Positions 26,530 through 38,782 of a DNA stretch of 64,000 nucleotides are shown in pieces. The stretch comes from Callorhinchus milii. Lineage: Eukaryota. Position 1 is the stretch's first letter, and each line of letters opens with the position of its first letter. The position numbers were made by a program, and so were the translations under genes. The stretch covers positions 44,270,001-44,334,000 of the forward strand of contig NW_024704743.1 of the NCBI RefSeq assembly GCF_018977255.1, read 5' to 3'. Under the pieces are notes generated by a model. That model saw only the letters and a list, made by a program, of their open reading frames with translations, made no database searches and was not told the DNA's origin.

Positions 26530-26905
26530 ATACAACAACAGCTTGCATTTATATAGTGTCCTTCACGTGGAGTAGCTTCTTGAAGTGTTTAACAGAGGTG
26601 TGGCTTGACGCTGAGATGGAAAGTGAGGGACGGTGTAATTTGAAGACAGGTAAAGAGGGGTTAAAGAGCTTGGTATGGATAAGGACACTGATGGCAGAAT
26701 TTTAAATAATTTGGACCTTGTTAATAGTAGAGCTTGGGAGACCGTCGAGGATGTCATTGGAAAAATTTAGACGGGAGCTGACGAAAGCATGAATGAGAGT
26801 TTCAGCAGCATGTGAAGTGAAGTAAGATAGGGGCAAAGGCAGGCGATGTGGCGAAAAGCAGTTTTGGTCAGGGACCAGATGTGGAGTAGGATGGATAACT
26901 GGGCA
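26530..26905 (-). mobile_element. old L2 3' fragment
   Basis: (TTG)n tail at 26531-26540 and degenerate L2 ORF2 C-terminal sequence. Confidence 0.6.
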
Positions 26906-27140
26906 TTGAATATATGATTTTTTTTAAAGCTTTTGATAAGGTGCAGCATAAGAGGCTTGTTAAAAAGAAATTAGGATACATGGTAAAAATGGAAAGGTAG
27001 CAGAATGGATAGAATGTTGATAAAGGATAGGAAACAGAAGGTGGGTGTAATTGTGTCCCCCAGAGGGTCAATATAAGGACCACTGCTTTTCTCCATTTAT
27101 AGAAATGATCTGGATTCTGGTATAAGGGGCCCAATTTCTT
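26905..27140 (+). mobile_element. old CR1 RT fragment
   Basis: AAAGCTTTTGATAAGGTG (KAFDKV) and GTCCCCCAGAGGGTCAATATAAGGACCACTGC (degenerate [10 protein letters not shown]). Confidence 0.65.
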
Positions 27141-28194
27141 CATGAAATTTAATGCAGAAGAAAGTGAAGTTGTGGGAGGAAGAATAAGGAGAACAAGAAC
27201 AGTGTGACCAAAAAATCGCGTTTACTGCCCTGTTATCTAAAAAAAACACAATTTCTTTAAGAGTTTTTAGACATTCTAGTGGTATCACAACATTTTGGTC
27301 AGCCTGTTGGGTGGTAAAATATTAAAAGGAGTGGAATGAGCTCCAGAGTAGATGGACCGTTTCACATCGAGCTATTGTTAAGGGAACTGAGAGTTTTGTG
27401 TCCCTAAAATATCCCAAGAAGCTACTATCAAAGTGTGAATGCTTTTCCTGGTCAAACCAGGGAGTTGTTCAGTTAGCTGGGCTTGGCAAAGTTGGCCTTG
27501 GAACTCCATCACAGTTTGTTCTGTTCGTCCTACCTGCATCTGTATGTGCAAAATATTAAATATGTTTAAAATACACAATTCAACTGAGTTTGGGGTTTTT
27601 ACAGTTCCAAAAGTTTGTCAAGCATATTCCATCTTTCTAAAGAGACACACGTTGGTAACAGAAGAATTCAAACTGTGTTTAAGAATGTAACACGCATAAT
27701 CCACACTCAATAAAAAGTGCATTCCTCAAGAACTGACCAGAGTGAGATTTCTAAATTGCAAATTGTTCTTCCATTCTTTCAGTAAGTGGAGGATGGGTAC
27801 ATATGAAGAATAATGATAAACAGATGGCATCAAAGAAAATTGGGGTTACATTAAAGTGATTGCTGATGGCAAACATGATCCCTAGATTGTTCCACCACAA
27901 TTACATATTATGTAACTGCAACATTGTGTTGCAGCAAGGCATGGTGAATGAGTGATGCATTCAGATTGTGAAGCAGATTGACTAATCAATTGATGTAAGG
28001 GAAAATAACAAGTACATAACCATCTTAAAAATATATAAGAGAGGTAGGTAAAGTAACATGGCAGTGCTCTCGTGCACTACATGCCAAGCTGCATTGGCCG
28101 CCAGGAAGCTCACAGGGAGTTGCTGGTGCCTGCTATCCCTCTGGTGAGGACTCAAACCTGCACTTGTCGGATGTCAAATGACCAACTAGTGACA

Positions 28195-29010
28195 ATCCTC
28201 CATGAGGGGTAGGAAAGCTGGTTCTCCTTGAAGTTGAACTGGCTCCAAGGTGACATGTTTGGCCACAAAATATCAGAATTGACAACCCACTGTGGTGGTC
28301 TACGTACTCCTGTGGCAGGTCTGCAGTATTCCAGGGGGCTGCTGATCACAGCAACAACACAGCCAGACTGATTCATTGGCAGGACCTCAAAGGGCAAATC
28401 AGTCACTGGTGGCAGGGAATTCTGGAGGGAATTGTGCAGTCGTGTAGCTCAGAGGTTAGAGCACTCGCTTTGCAAGCAAGAGACCTGGGTTCGATTCCTG
28501 GCCGGGTGAAACCTTGGGCAAGTTTTCTTACTCCACACACCTGATAATAATCCCTCAAAAAAAAACAATAATAAATTGGTCACTTCAATCCACGACTGTT
28601 TGTGGGACACTACTGTGTGCAATTGGCTGCCGCATTTCGCCCACAAATATACAGTCAAATTCACTTTACAATGTATTCTGTGAAGCGCTTTAAGACGTCT
28701 TAGAAGACGTGAAAAACACAATATCAAATGCAAGGATTATTATTATTATTCTCCCACTGGGCTCCTGTTAACCCAGCAAGCCAAAGCCCAAACAAGCTGG
28801 AGAAGCAGTGGGAAAACTTGGGAGACTCTGCTTTCAATGGCAAGCTATGCAGTTTTAGCTGATTAGATTCCAGTGCCCAAGTGCACACTCTGGGCTCCAC
28901 AAGCCTTGGCTTTTGCCAACCTGCACTTAATACTGTCCTGAATTAGCAGAGCAGGATGCGTCTCTCCAGGGAGAGAGTGCTCATTCCAATAAATATCTCA
29001 GGAATTCGTG
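28195..29010 (+). repeat. repeat family X copy split by a family A SINE
   Basis: GGCAGGGAATT (to ~28421) and CTCCCACT (from 28751) are contiguous in the copy at 2076-2094. Confidence 0.8.
28435..28750 (+). mobile_element. SINE family A, short-body variant
   Basis: A box, B box GGTTCGATTCC, short body and (TTA)n tail. Confidence 0.9.
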
Positions 29011-30112
29011 TGCTAACATTCCTATCTTGGTTCATTTAATTTTAAACTCCACAAATGTGCCTTTATGCTATAATTTTGTAATGAAACAGTAAATTATTAC
29101 ATTTGCATGAAACTATTAAAACAATTATTAGATCAAAAGACAGAATTCTTCTGAAGTGGCAAATGAAATGCAGTGGCACATTGTTACCTTTCATTTCAAT
29201 TGGGTTGATATGCAGTTTAAGCAAAGCAACATGAAATTCCATAGAATCTCTGATCATAATTATATGCTTGAAAAATACCTATTTCAGTATAGTTTTCCAG
29301 TTGCTGGCAGAATATGGCAATTGTTCCAGAGAATACAGTTTGTTGTGCAATTAAAACTACGATTGAAGTTATTATTCAACCAACATTGCTGACGAGGTTA
29401 ATTCTGCATCGGGAGGGGGAGGAGTGCTGAACATGCTCTGTAAGTAAATGGTACTGATTATTTTACTGTAGCCTCCAGTAGACTGTAAATGAATTCAGTC
29501 TTTGCTTTATTCTTTTCAGTTATGAATGTTAATATTGATTATAACGTAATCAATAGAGAACTGTCTTTCGGCTAGGCTTCATCCAGTTCAGATCTGGAGC
29601 GGAGATGCTACCCCGTGTGAAGGACGCTACATGAATGCAAGTTGTAGTTGTTGTAGATATTTTAAAAGGTTTTCCTGTTGTTAAATCATTCTTCTGTTTA
29701 TTTAAATCTGTGAAAGCAGGAGCAACTTCCTGCCACGATCCCCATACTTCCCAAAGCATTACTAACAAACTGAGCATTTCTAGCACAGCACATTGCCATG
29801 CTTCTGACAAGATGTGAAACACATCTGTTTATCACTATAATGAATGAATGTAAGGAAGTCTGCTTTTCCAGAGAATCGGTTAATAGCCTAACAAGTACTG
29901 AAGATGGCAAGATGTTGTTTCTGTGTGAAATTGGTTTGAAACGAATCAGACTTTCACTTCCATGTCTTCAGATTCTTTTAATATCTCAGTACATTCATTA
30001 CTGAAGACAGACTGCTCATGCTGCATGATTGATTTTCGTTTAAGGATATGTAAAGTTCAAGCCCTCTTGTGGTACTGCTAGTCTGACCAATGAATATGTT
30101 TGTGGATGTGTG

Positions 30113-30631
30113 GAGAATTGTATAAAACCGTGTGCAGTCACCGCTATACAAAAGGGATATTGCAGTGATTGAGAGGATGCAGAGGAGGGCAACCAAAATG
30201 ATTGAGGGAATGCAGGAACTGGACTATGAGGAGTGATTAGATAAACTGGGCATGTTCACGCTGGAGTAGAGAAGGTTGAGGGGTGATATGATAACTGTCT
30301 TTCAGATTTTAAAGAGACTAGATAATGTAGACCACGACAAGCGGTTTTATCTTGTACTGAACAGTAGACCCAGAGGACACGGCCTGAAATTGAAGGGGGG
30401 TAAATTCAGAACAAATCTGCGGAAACACTACTTCAGTGAGGGAGGGAGACCGTAGCAGCAGAAAGTGTTGATTCTTTCAAGAACAAATGAGATAGATTTC
30501 TGTTAGGAAATAATATCTCAGGATACAATAACGAGTTTGGGACATGACATGTGCATGCGACTGTAAGGATGGTGGAAGGTAAACTGGATGGACCTTGGTC
30601 TTCTTTGCCTAGCAAATTCTTATGTTCTTAT
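30113..30631 (+). mobile_element. CR1 3' fragment
   Basis: Encodes IERMQRRATKMIEGMQELDYEE / LGMFTLE.RRLRGDMI; ends (TTCTTATG)2. Confidence 0.85.
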
Positions 30632-31127
30632 GGTCTTCATTTTCTTTATTAAACACAAAAGTAAAGTGGGTTAGATTAAATTATTTGTGTCCCCCTGGTA
30701 TACCAACTACCACCACTCCCTCAAATTCGCTGATGAGTGCTGCTGAATGTACCTGGCTTAAATCCAATTTTAACAGTCCACCGCTAGATTTGGCTGGACC
30801 CTGCCAAAATCATCTTCAAAATAATCATTACAATAACAATTCTTGCATTTGATATGTCACTATATCATTTTGTTGAAATATCTCAAAGAGCTTCACAGGA
30901 TTTATTGCAAAATGTTGTTATTGCGTATTTATAAGCAAATGCAGCAGGAAATTTGTGCATTACAATATCCCATGAACCAATTTTATCTGGGGACACTTAG
31001 GGAGAAATTCCATTCACTTTTCAAGTGAAAAGTCAGATGGAACTTTAGTTTAATATTTCATCCAACGGATGACACCTCTGACACAGACATCAAGTCCTAA
31101 ATGAGAGATAGTTTTCTTCAAATCTAC

Positions 31128-34100
31128 GGGATAATGCCATCCACCTGACCGCTCGCTCCCGATCCCCGCGTGCGCACTATGGCTGCCGCTTTGACACCCA
31201 CCCCCTCACCCCCTCCCTCCCCCCTCCTCTCTCCCCCCAAACCCTCCCCCCTCTGCATCTCTCCCGCTCTCTCCTCCTCTCTCTCCGTCCCTCTCGTCTT
31301 CTATCCCCACTTGACCCTCCCACAACCTCCCTCTGTTCCAGCCTGGGAATCCTCCGCCGGGCTCACCGTGGCACTCGGCGTTGGCTGTCCAGCAGCAGCC
31401 ACACCGACTGCCCCATTCCCCACCACACTCGCCACCCACCCCGGACACAGACCCGGGGAGTCAACCTCTCCTCCCTCATCCCCATTCCCCCACCCCTGCC
31501 TCACAACCTGGACCCCCTCCCCTCCCACACACCCTTCTGTCAACCGCTCCCTCCACATCGGACTGCAAAATGTCCGCTCCCTCTGCAACAAGGCCCTGGT
31601 CATCAACGATCTCATCCTTGATGAGAACGTTGATATCATGGCCTTAACAGAAACCTGGCTCACCCCAGGCGACACCTTCCCCCTCACGGAGGCCACACCA
31701 CCCGGCTACACCTCCCACCACATCCCCCGCCCCAACCGCCGTGGCGGTGGTGTTGCCCTTATCTCAAGGACACCACTTGCCCTATCCCCTACTCCACTGG
31801 CTCTTTCCCCTCCTTTGAGCACCTCACCCTCTCCCACCCCTCATTCCTCTCCCTTAAAATCCTCCTCCTCTACCGGCCCCCTAAAACCTCTCCCACCTTC
31901 ATCTCTGACATTTCAACACTCCTCACATCTCTTTGCCTCTGCTCTGATCGCCTCATCATCCTGGGCGACTTTAACCTACACTTCACCCCCTCCTGCTCCA
32001 TCTCCACAGACTTCTCTTCCCTGCTCTCCTCACTCAACCTCTCCTTACACATAAACTCCCCCACTCACAGTCACGGCCACCCACTCGATTTGGTGATCAC
32101 CCGGGGCCTCAGTGTCTCGGATGTCACTATTACCGACAAGGCCATCTCTGACCACTACTTCATCTCCTTCACCACCTCCACCCCCCTCCCCACCTCCACC
32201 AGACCCACCACCATCTTCTACCGCCCTTGGAAGAAGTTACCCCCACAATCCCTAACCGATGCCTTGGAGTCCTCTGAACTCCTCTCCCTCTGGCCTTCAA
32301 CCCTCACCGACCCCTCTTCTCCTCTCTCCCTCCTCCACAATACCCTCTCCTCCACACTCGATACTCTTGCCCCCATCACTTCCCGCACTGTCTCCTACTC
32401 CCGCTCCTCCCCCTGGTACACCACCCACCTCCGCTCACTGAAAAGCCAGGTGCGGGCTGCTGAACGCACCTGTGTCAAATCTGGCCTAACGGTCCACCGA
32501 CAAATCTGGCTGGACCTCCTCAAAATTTACCGCTCCACTCTAGCCTCGGCCAAGTCGTCCTTCTACTCCAGGATAATCCTGGAGGCGAAGAACAACCCCA
32601 GGCTACTGTTTTCCACCACAACCCGACTCCTCCGTCCCCCCCGCCACCCCGCGCAGGTCATCTCCTCCAACCTTCACTGCGAGGAGATGCTGGATTTCCT
32701 TGAATCCAAGATCAAGGGAATCCGCTCCGCGGTCACTTCCCCTCCAACTTCCACCAACCCCCCACCCCCTCCCTCCCACACTCCGACTCCTACCCATCCT
32801 CCCCTACACACCTTCGTACCCGTTTCCCCACCCTCTGTCACTGAACTCATCCTATCCCTAAAACCAACCACCTGCTCCCTTGACCCCATCCCCACTCCAC
32901 TCCTTATCTCCCAGCTCCACTTTCTTGCCCCACATATCACTGACATCATCAACCTGTCCCTCTCCTCTGGCTCTGTCCCATTCCCTTAAAAACTGCCATC
33001 ATCACGCCCACCCTGAAAAAACCCTCCCTTGATGCGTCGCAGCTATCAAGCTACCGGCCCATCTCCAACCTCCCCTTTCTCTCCAAGGTCTTGGAAAGAG
33101 TTGTCGCCTCCCAACTGCGCTCTTTCCTTTCCACCCATTCTCTTTTCGAACCCCTTCAGTCAGGTTTCCGTGCTGCCCATAGCACAGAAACTGCCCTGGT
33201 CAAGGTCACCAATGATATCCTGACCATCTGTGACCAGGGCTCCCTCTGTCTCCTCGTCCTCCTCGACCTATCGGCAGCATTCGATACGGTCGACCACGCT
33301 ATCCTACTCCACCGCTTGTCCTCCCACCTCAACCTTCAAGGCACTGTCCTTGAATGGTTTAGGTCGTACCTTTCTCACCGTCTTCACTTTGTCTCGACGA
33401 ATGGCTTCTCCTCCACCCCCCGTACTGTCTCATGTGGTGTCCCTCAGGGCTCTGTCCTCGGTCCCCTCCTCTTCACCCTCTATATGCTCCCCCTTGGTGA
33501 CATCATCCGCAGACATGGAGTTAACTTCCACATGTATGCGGATGACACCCAACTCTACCTTTCCTCCTCTACTCTCAACTCCACGACCACCGATGTCCTG
33601 ACAGCCTGCCTGTCCGACATCGAGTCCTGGACGAGAGACAACTTTCTTCAGCTCAACGTGCGAAAAACCGAGGCCCTCCTGATTGGCTCACGTCAGCGCC
33701 TCCGCACCTCAGGCGCTGACACCATCAGCATCCAAGGCTGCACTCTCCACCTCTCAAAGCCAGTCAGGAACCTCGGCGTTTTGTTCGACCCTGAGCTGTC
33801 CTTTCTCCCTCACATCCGCACCACAACTGGCACCGCCTTCCATCACCTCCGGAACATCGCCAGACTACGGCACTACCTCACCCCTCACGCTGCTGAAACC
33901 CTGGTTCACGCCTTTGTCACCTCAAGGCTGGACTATGGGAACTCTCTCCTCGCCGGCCTTCCCGCCACCTCCCTCCACAAGCTGCAGGTCATTCAGAACT
34001 CTGCAGCTCGTGTACTGTCCCGCACCAGGCTTCGGGACCACATCACTCCCACCCTCGCTCGCCTCCACTGGCTCCCCATCCCCCAGAGGATTGATTTCAA

Positions 34101-34575
34101 GATCCTCATCCTCACCTACAAGGCCATTCACGGCCTTGCTCCCTCCTACCTCTCCAACCTACTATCCCCCTACCTACCTGCCCGTACCCTCCGTTCCTCT
34201 GGCTCCGGTCTGCTCCACGTCCCCCGCCCCAACCGCCCTACATCGGTGGTCGGGCCTTCAGCCTCTCAGCCCCGAGGCTCTGGAACTCCATCCCCCAGTG
34301 CCTTCGCCACTTCCTCCCTTTCCTCCTTCAAGGCCGGTCTCAAAACCTTTCTCTTTGACCGAGCCTTCAGCTCCCCTCTCGACTCTCTTCCCCCTCCTCG
34401 CTCCCTCCCTTCCCTCCCCTCACCCTGACCATTTCCCCCCTCCTCGCTCCCTCCCCTCCCCTCACCCTGACCATTTCCCCCCTGCTCGGGTCATGACCCA
34501 ACTGTGCAGCGCCTTGGGACGTCCTCCTGACGTGAAAGGCGCTTTATAAATGGAATCTTGTTGTTGTTGTTGTTG
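31128..34575 (+). mobile_element. near-full-length young L2-clade LINE (~3.45 kb, apparently a single ORF)
   Basis: APE and RT domains, C-rich sense strand, 3' UTR with a tandem duplication, terminal hairpin at 34508-34543 and (TTG)n tail. Confidence 0.97.
31179..34428 (+). pseudogene. L2 ORF2 polyprotein: APE endonuclease + reverse transcriptase, frameshifted
   Basis: APE motifs LQNVRSL, ALTETWL, GGGVALI, YRPP, LGDFN, LDLV, SDH; RT motifs [42 protein letters not shown]. Frame switches near 31787, 32984, 34241 and 34308, and in the N-terminal leader. Confidence 0.93.
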
Positions 34576-34785
34576 ACAAGACTGAGGCCCTCTTGCTTGG
34601 CTCCCGTCAATGCCTCTTCACTTCAGGCGTTGACTGCATCACTATTCATGGGTGTCCTCTCCACATCACTGAGCCAGTATGAAATTTTGTTGTCTTGTTT
34701 GACCCTCAACTGTGTTTCAAACAGCACATCTGTACCATGACAATGCTGCACTGCCCAACTTTGGGCTGAAGTGTCAGTCTAGAAT

Positions 34786-35105
34786 ATAATAATAATCATA
34801 ATCATCCTTGCATTTGATATAACGTCTTATCATCTATTCGAGACATCTCAAAATGCTTCACAGAATATACTGTATACTATGAATTGACTGTGTACTTTAT
34901 ATAATTGCGCACAGTCGTGGATTGAGTGACCAAATTATGATTATTTTATATTTATTTTCTAAGGGATTATTAACCCAGAAAAATGATCTGCAAATCGACT
35001 GACAACCAGATTCCAATTTATTGCTAGGTAAACAGAGATGTGTGGAGTAAGGAAACTTGCCCAAGGTTTCACCCTGGCCAGGAATCAAACCCGGGTTGTT
35101 CTAAC
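34786..35105 (-). mobile_element. SINE family A, long-body variant
   Basis: Reverse complement of the family A body and tail; the head is partly degenerate. Confidence 0.85.
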
Positions 35106-36194
35106 CAATATGCTACAGAAATCCACATGAGCTCAAAGTCCCATTGTGGGGCTTGAACCCACAACCTCAGAGGTGAAAATCCTACCAACTGGACCAGCCT
35201 GACACCTAAATAGAATTTAATCCTAGCAATTCCCCCATCATAATGAAAGAGAAAAGGCTGGCACAGAACCCATTGCTTGTCACTGCAGGCTGATATTTTA
35301 TTATAAACCATTTCCAAAGAGAAGCCAAAACAGGCAGAAGTAAAGTAATTAACTGTACAAACTGTGTCATTTGGGGTAATAAATATTTTTTTCTAGTTCA
35401 GTTAATTTCCACTCTCTTAGTATTTTTATTGTTATTGTACAGTTTTATACTGTTTTAATGCTTTTTCACGATGTGTATTTAAAATGATAGAAAAATGCCC
35501 AACTGAGAAAGCTCACAATTTCCAAGAAGTTGACAATAATCTAAGAGTTAAGCAACCTTATTTAGTGAAAATTGTGGTTTTGGTGATTTGACCAGTGACT
35601 TCAAGAATTGTGTTCAACCCCTCATTAATGCAGGAATGCAAGTATTGTTGATAGGATGGTGAGCATGATTCATCCTTTAAACGTTTCATAATTGTGTATA
35701 CATGATGAAATGAAGTTCAACTGCCATGTCCAGACATATATTGCTAATAGCTACATTTTGTTTTGAAGTTTCTTGAAATATGATGATATTGTATACACCC
35801 CAGGGAATGACACAATTACACACCTAATTAATTTCATGCATAAATATGTTTCACTACACATAGGCACGTAATATTGCTTAATATGGCCGAACTGTCTCAT
35901 ACCTCCCACTCTGACTCTCTTCCCATCACTCTGTGCCCCTCTTCCATAAATACAATATTAATGTAAACTGACCTCCAGCTTTTTTCTAAAGGCATTCCAG
36001 TAGGGTTATCTGTCTTGAATTGAAAAAGAAAGTGTAATTTTGCACAATTTTCAATTTTTGCCTGCATAATTTTCATTTTTTCTATGCATAGTTCCTGTGG
36101 TGTAATTGTAGTAATTGGATATTTTATACATAATATAGTATTTTAATATTTTATCTCAGACTTAATATGAAAATGTGTGAGTAAATAGAAAAGT

Positions 36195-36455
36195 AAAATC
36201 TAACCTGAAAATGGCATAAGTTTAGAAGAATTATTTTCACACAGAGGTTTGAGAGTATCGCAAATGCTGTAGAAGCTTATTTTACAACATTTATAAGGTA
36301 ATTTGGCAAATACTTGAGTAAACGTAATAAACAATATGTGGAAAGAGCAGGAAATTAGGTTTAGAATAGAGAGCTTCATTGAGCATGCTAGCACTAACAC
36401 GTGTGCAATGGACTAAATTATATTCTTGTGTGTTGTAAACATTTTCTGATTCTAT
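36195..36455 (+). mobile_element. old CR1 3' fragment
   Basis: AGTTTAGAAGAATTATTTTCACACAGAGG and the tail TTTCTGATTCTAT. Confidence 0.5.
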
Positions 36456-37212
36456 AAGCATTGTCTGAATTATTGTTTTTTCTTGTAAAGAGGTAGCTCT
36501 TCATAATTTATACTGCTAATCCATTCCCTACATAACCGGTTCCTTCCAGTTATAGGACCAAAACCTAGGAGCTTATATTGGACATGAGAATTTTGCAAAA
36601 AATGAACATTACGTGTATCAATCTATATTGAGATATTGCTATACAAAGTGACACACAGTATCTTTGAAATCAATGTTGTGAGGAATATTTTTGGTTATTT
36701 TGTTCTGCTTATGTATGGCAGAAACATTTCAATTACAGGCCAATTACGTGCAACTTTGTTTTAAATTATGTAACATGTTCTCTACAATAGTTCCTAAAGC
36801 AATATTATACTCAAGTTATATAACTGACTGTAACTCCAGCTCACTAGGCAACTTGGATATTGATATTTTTCATTTAGACATGAGAACTAGATTAACTCAT
36901 TTTGCTGTTGAATAATCTGATGTTGTGAAAGTGGGCTTTTCGAAATGAGTAAACGTTCAATGTTTTCCTGAAAAAGATTCTTCAAGCATTTGCTACTTAC
37001 AATTTATTAGTCTGTCAGGCATTTGTGCCATAAACAATGAGAATTAACTTCAGTGAAATTGTTCTACAAAAGAAAATTGTGTTAAGCATTTTGGAAAATG
37101 TTGCATAGCAATAAAACCACTAAAAATACCTTTGCTGCTTATAGTGCCATTTTCTATGTGACAATAATTCAACAGTGAAAGTACTAACACTGAAAATAGG
37201 TTCCTAAAGAGT

Positions 37213-37610
37213 TGGCTGGCTCAGTTGGCAACACTCTCACCTCTGAGTCAGAATGTGGGTTCAAGCATCACGTCAGGACTTGGAACCTATATAGTCTACG
37301 CTGACATCCAATGCAATGCTGGGTGTGTGCTGCATTGCCGAATGTGATGAGATATTAACCGAGGACGTTAAAGATCCTGTGGAACTATTTGAAAAGTGGA
37401 GAGTTTACCCCGGTGACTGTCCAACAATGCCTCAAATAGAACTGGACCTTCACTCCATGGTTGTTTTAACGACATTGCTGTGTAAAAATTAGCTGCTGTG
37501 TTCATCCACAAAATACAGTCACACAACATTATGGTGCATCCTGCGAAGTGCTTTGAGACATCTCCACAGTGTGATAAGGTGCAAGGTTAAATGCAAGATT
37601 TATTATTTTT
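37213..37610 (+). mobile_element. old Deu-domain SINE (SacSINE1/AmnSINE-like), near complete
   Basis: Head GGCTCAGTTGGCAACACTCTCACCTCTGAGTCAGAATGTGGGTTCAAG, Deu core (GATGAGATATTAACCGAGG, GTTAAAGATCC) and an L2-type tail. Confidence 0.78.
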
Positions 37611-38782
37611 TATGTAAGGTTTGAAACATTGTAAAAACAGTATTAAAACCCTTTTTGCATCCTTATTTCGTCCTGTGGAGCAAGACACTGTTGAGTATCA
37701 CTTTAGTTACATTAGTTACTTGACCACCATTCTCACCAGAAAGTGCATAAACTATTTGGTCTCAGACTTTGGGCATTTGCCAATTTGAATAGTTGGAAAA
37801 CCAGGGGCATTATAATAGAAAATAATCCTCACATTTCCTCGCATTCAAGGAAACTTGAATCCTTACACTTAAGGTTTAGTCTAGTCCATGAATTACGTGT
37901 CACGTAAATACAGTAATTCTCAAATTATTTCCTCACATTATGCCTTGCAAGTCTTCCAGACTGTTGAATGGAACACAAACATGAAACTCAAGCCCCCTGA
38001 ATACTGAGGAAGCATCTGTTATGGAACACCGGTTTAATTCCAAAGAGAATGATTGAGCTAAAGCACATGTTGCCTCAGTGGTATTCAGCCACTGTGTAAC
38101 ACTGCCTAGATTTCCAGGCTGACTGCCAAACCTTTAAAGCTATCTGACCTGGTGGTGTTGTGTCAGTGAAGGAGCTCAGCTGTAAATGCATTATACATCT
38201 AGATTTTTGTTCCCAGACAGTTGCTGTCACTGGACTAGAACTATTGATATATCATCCACTTAGAGGTTATGGACCCTTACAGGTCCTGATGTAAGAAAGA
38301 TGTGTTTCCAGTCTATGTAAGCACCTCCATGTGCAATATTTCTGAGCAATGAGTTTGTTGATATAGTTCAAAAGTCATGCAGCAAATAAAATAGGGGAAA
38401 TGGACAATGTACATTTCAATGGTGAAGATGGTGACCAAAGCAAGAAAGAAGCCTTTGTCAAATCTTTCACGATTAGTGTCTTATCCTTTTCTTTATAAAA
38501 TAGCCTCCATAATTCTGATTAATTGTTGCAATCTTATTCTGTGTAATTTTAGATTTGCGTCAAAATTAAACCGGCAAAAAAACATCTGCATAAATGGCAA
38601 GATATTTCTAGCCTAATAGAATTCAAGTAGGTCCAAATTCTTGCTACGAAATTTTCTATGAAATTGGCCAAATTTACTCTCCGTGTAAGCCAGTGGGGTC
38701 CAACGGTTTGGCTGCGGAGAGCCAGATGAGAAACGTCTGTGGGCTGCAGAGCAATATTTTTGTGTTTCCCTTCCAGAAACAT

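Larger units (their letters stand above)
31086..34737 (+). mobile_element. old L2 fragment (31086-31127 + 34576-34737) split by the young L2
   Basis: GACATCAAGTCCTAAATGAGAGATAGTTTTCTTCAA and AAGACTGAGGCCCTCTTGCTTGGCTCC are adjacent in L2 ORF2 (DIKSWMR.NFLQLN..KTEALL.GS). Confidence 0.75.
30830..35205 (-). mobile_element. old Deu-domain SINE fragmented by nested insertions (pieces ~30830-31083, ~34738-34786, ~35125-35205)
   Basis: The pieces join in the expected order when compared with the intact Deu-SINE copies at 37213 and 45670. Confidence 0.65.

Noticed and set aside
31170..32054. 294-aa Pro/Ser-rich ORF as a separate gene or ORF1
   Set aside because: It is a mosaic of the L2 APE domain and off-frame C-rich sequence produced by frameshifts.
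33683..34549. 288-aa overlapping ORF (also 14318-15112) as a second protein
   Set aside because: It is an alternative frame of C-rich L2 sequence that is depleted of stop codons; it recurs only because the two copies are near-identical.
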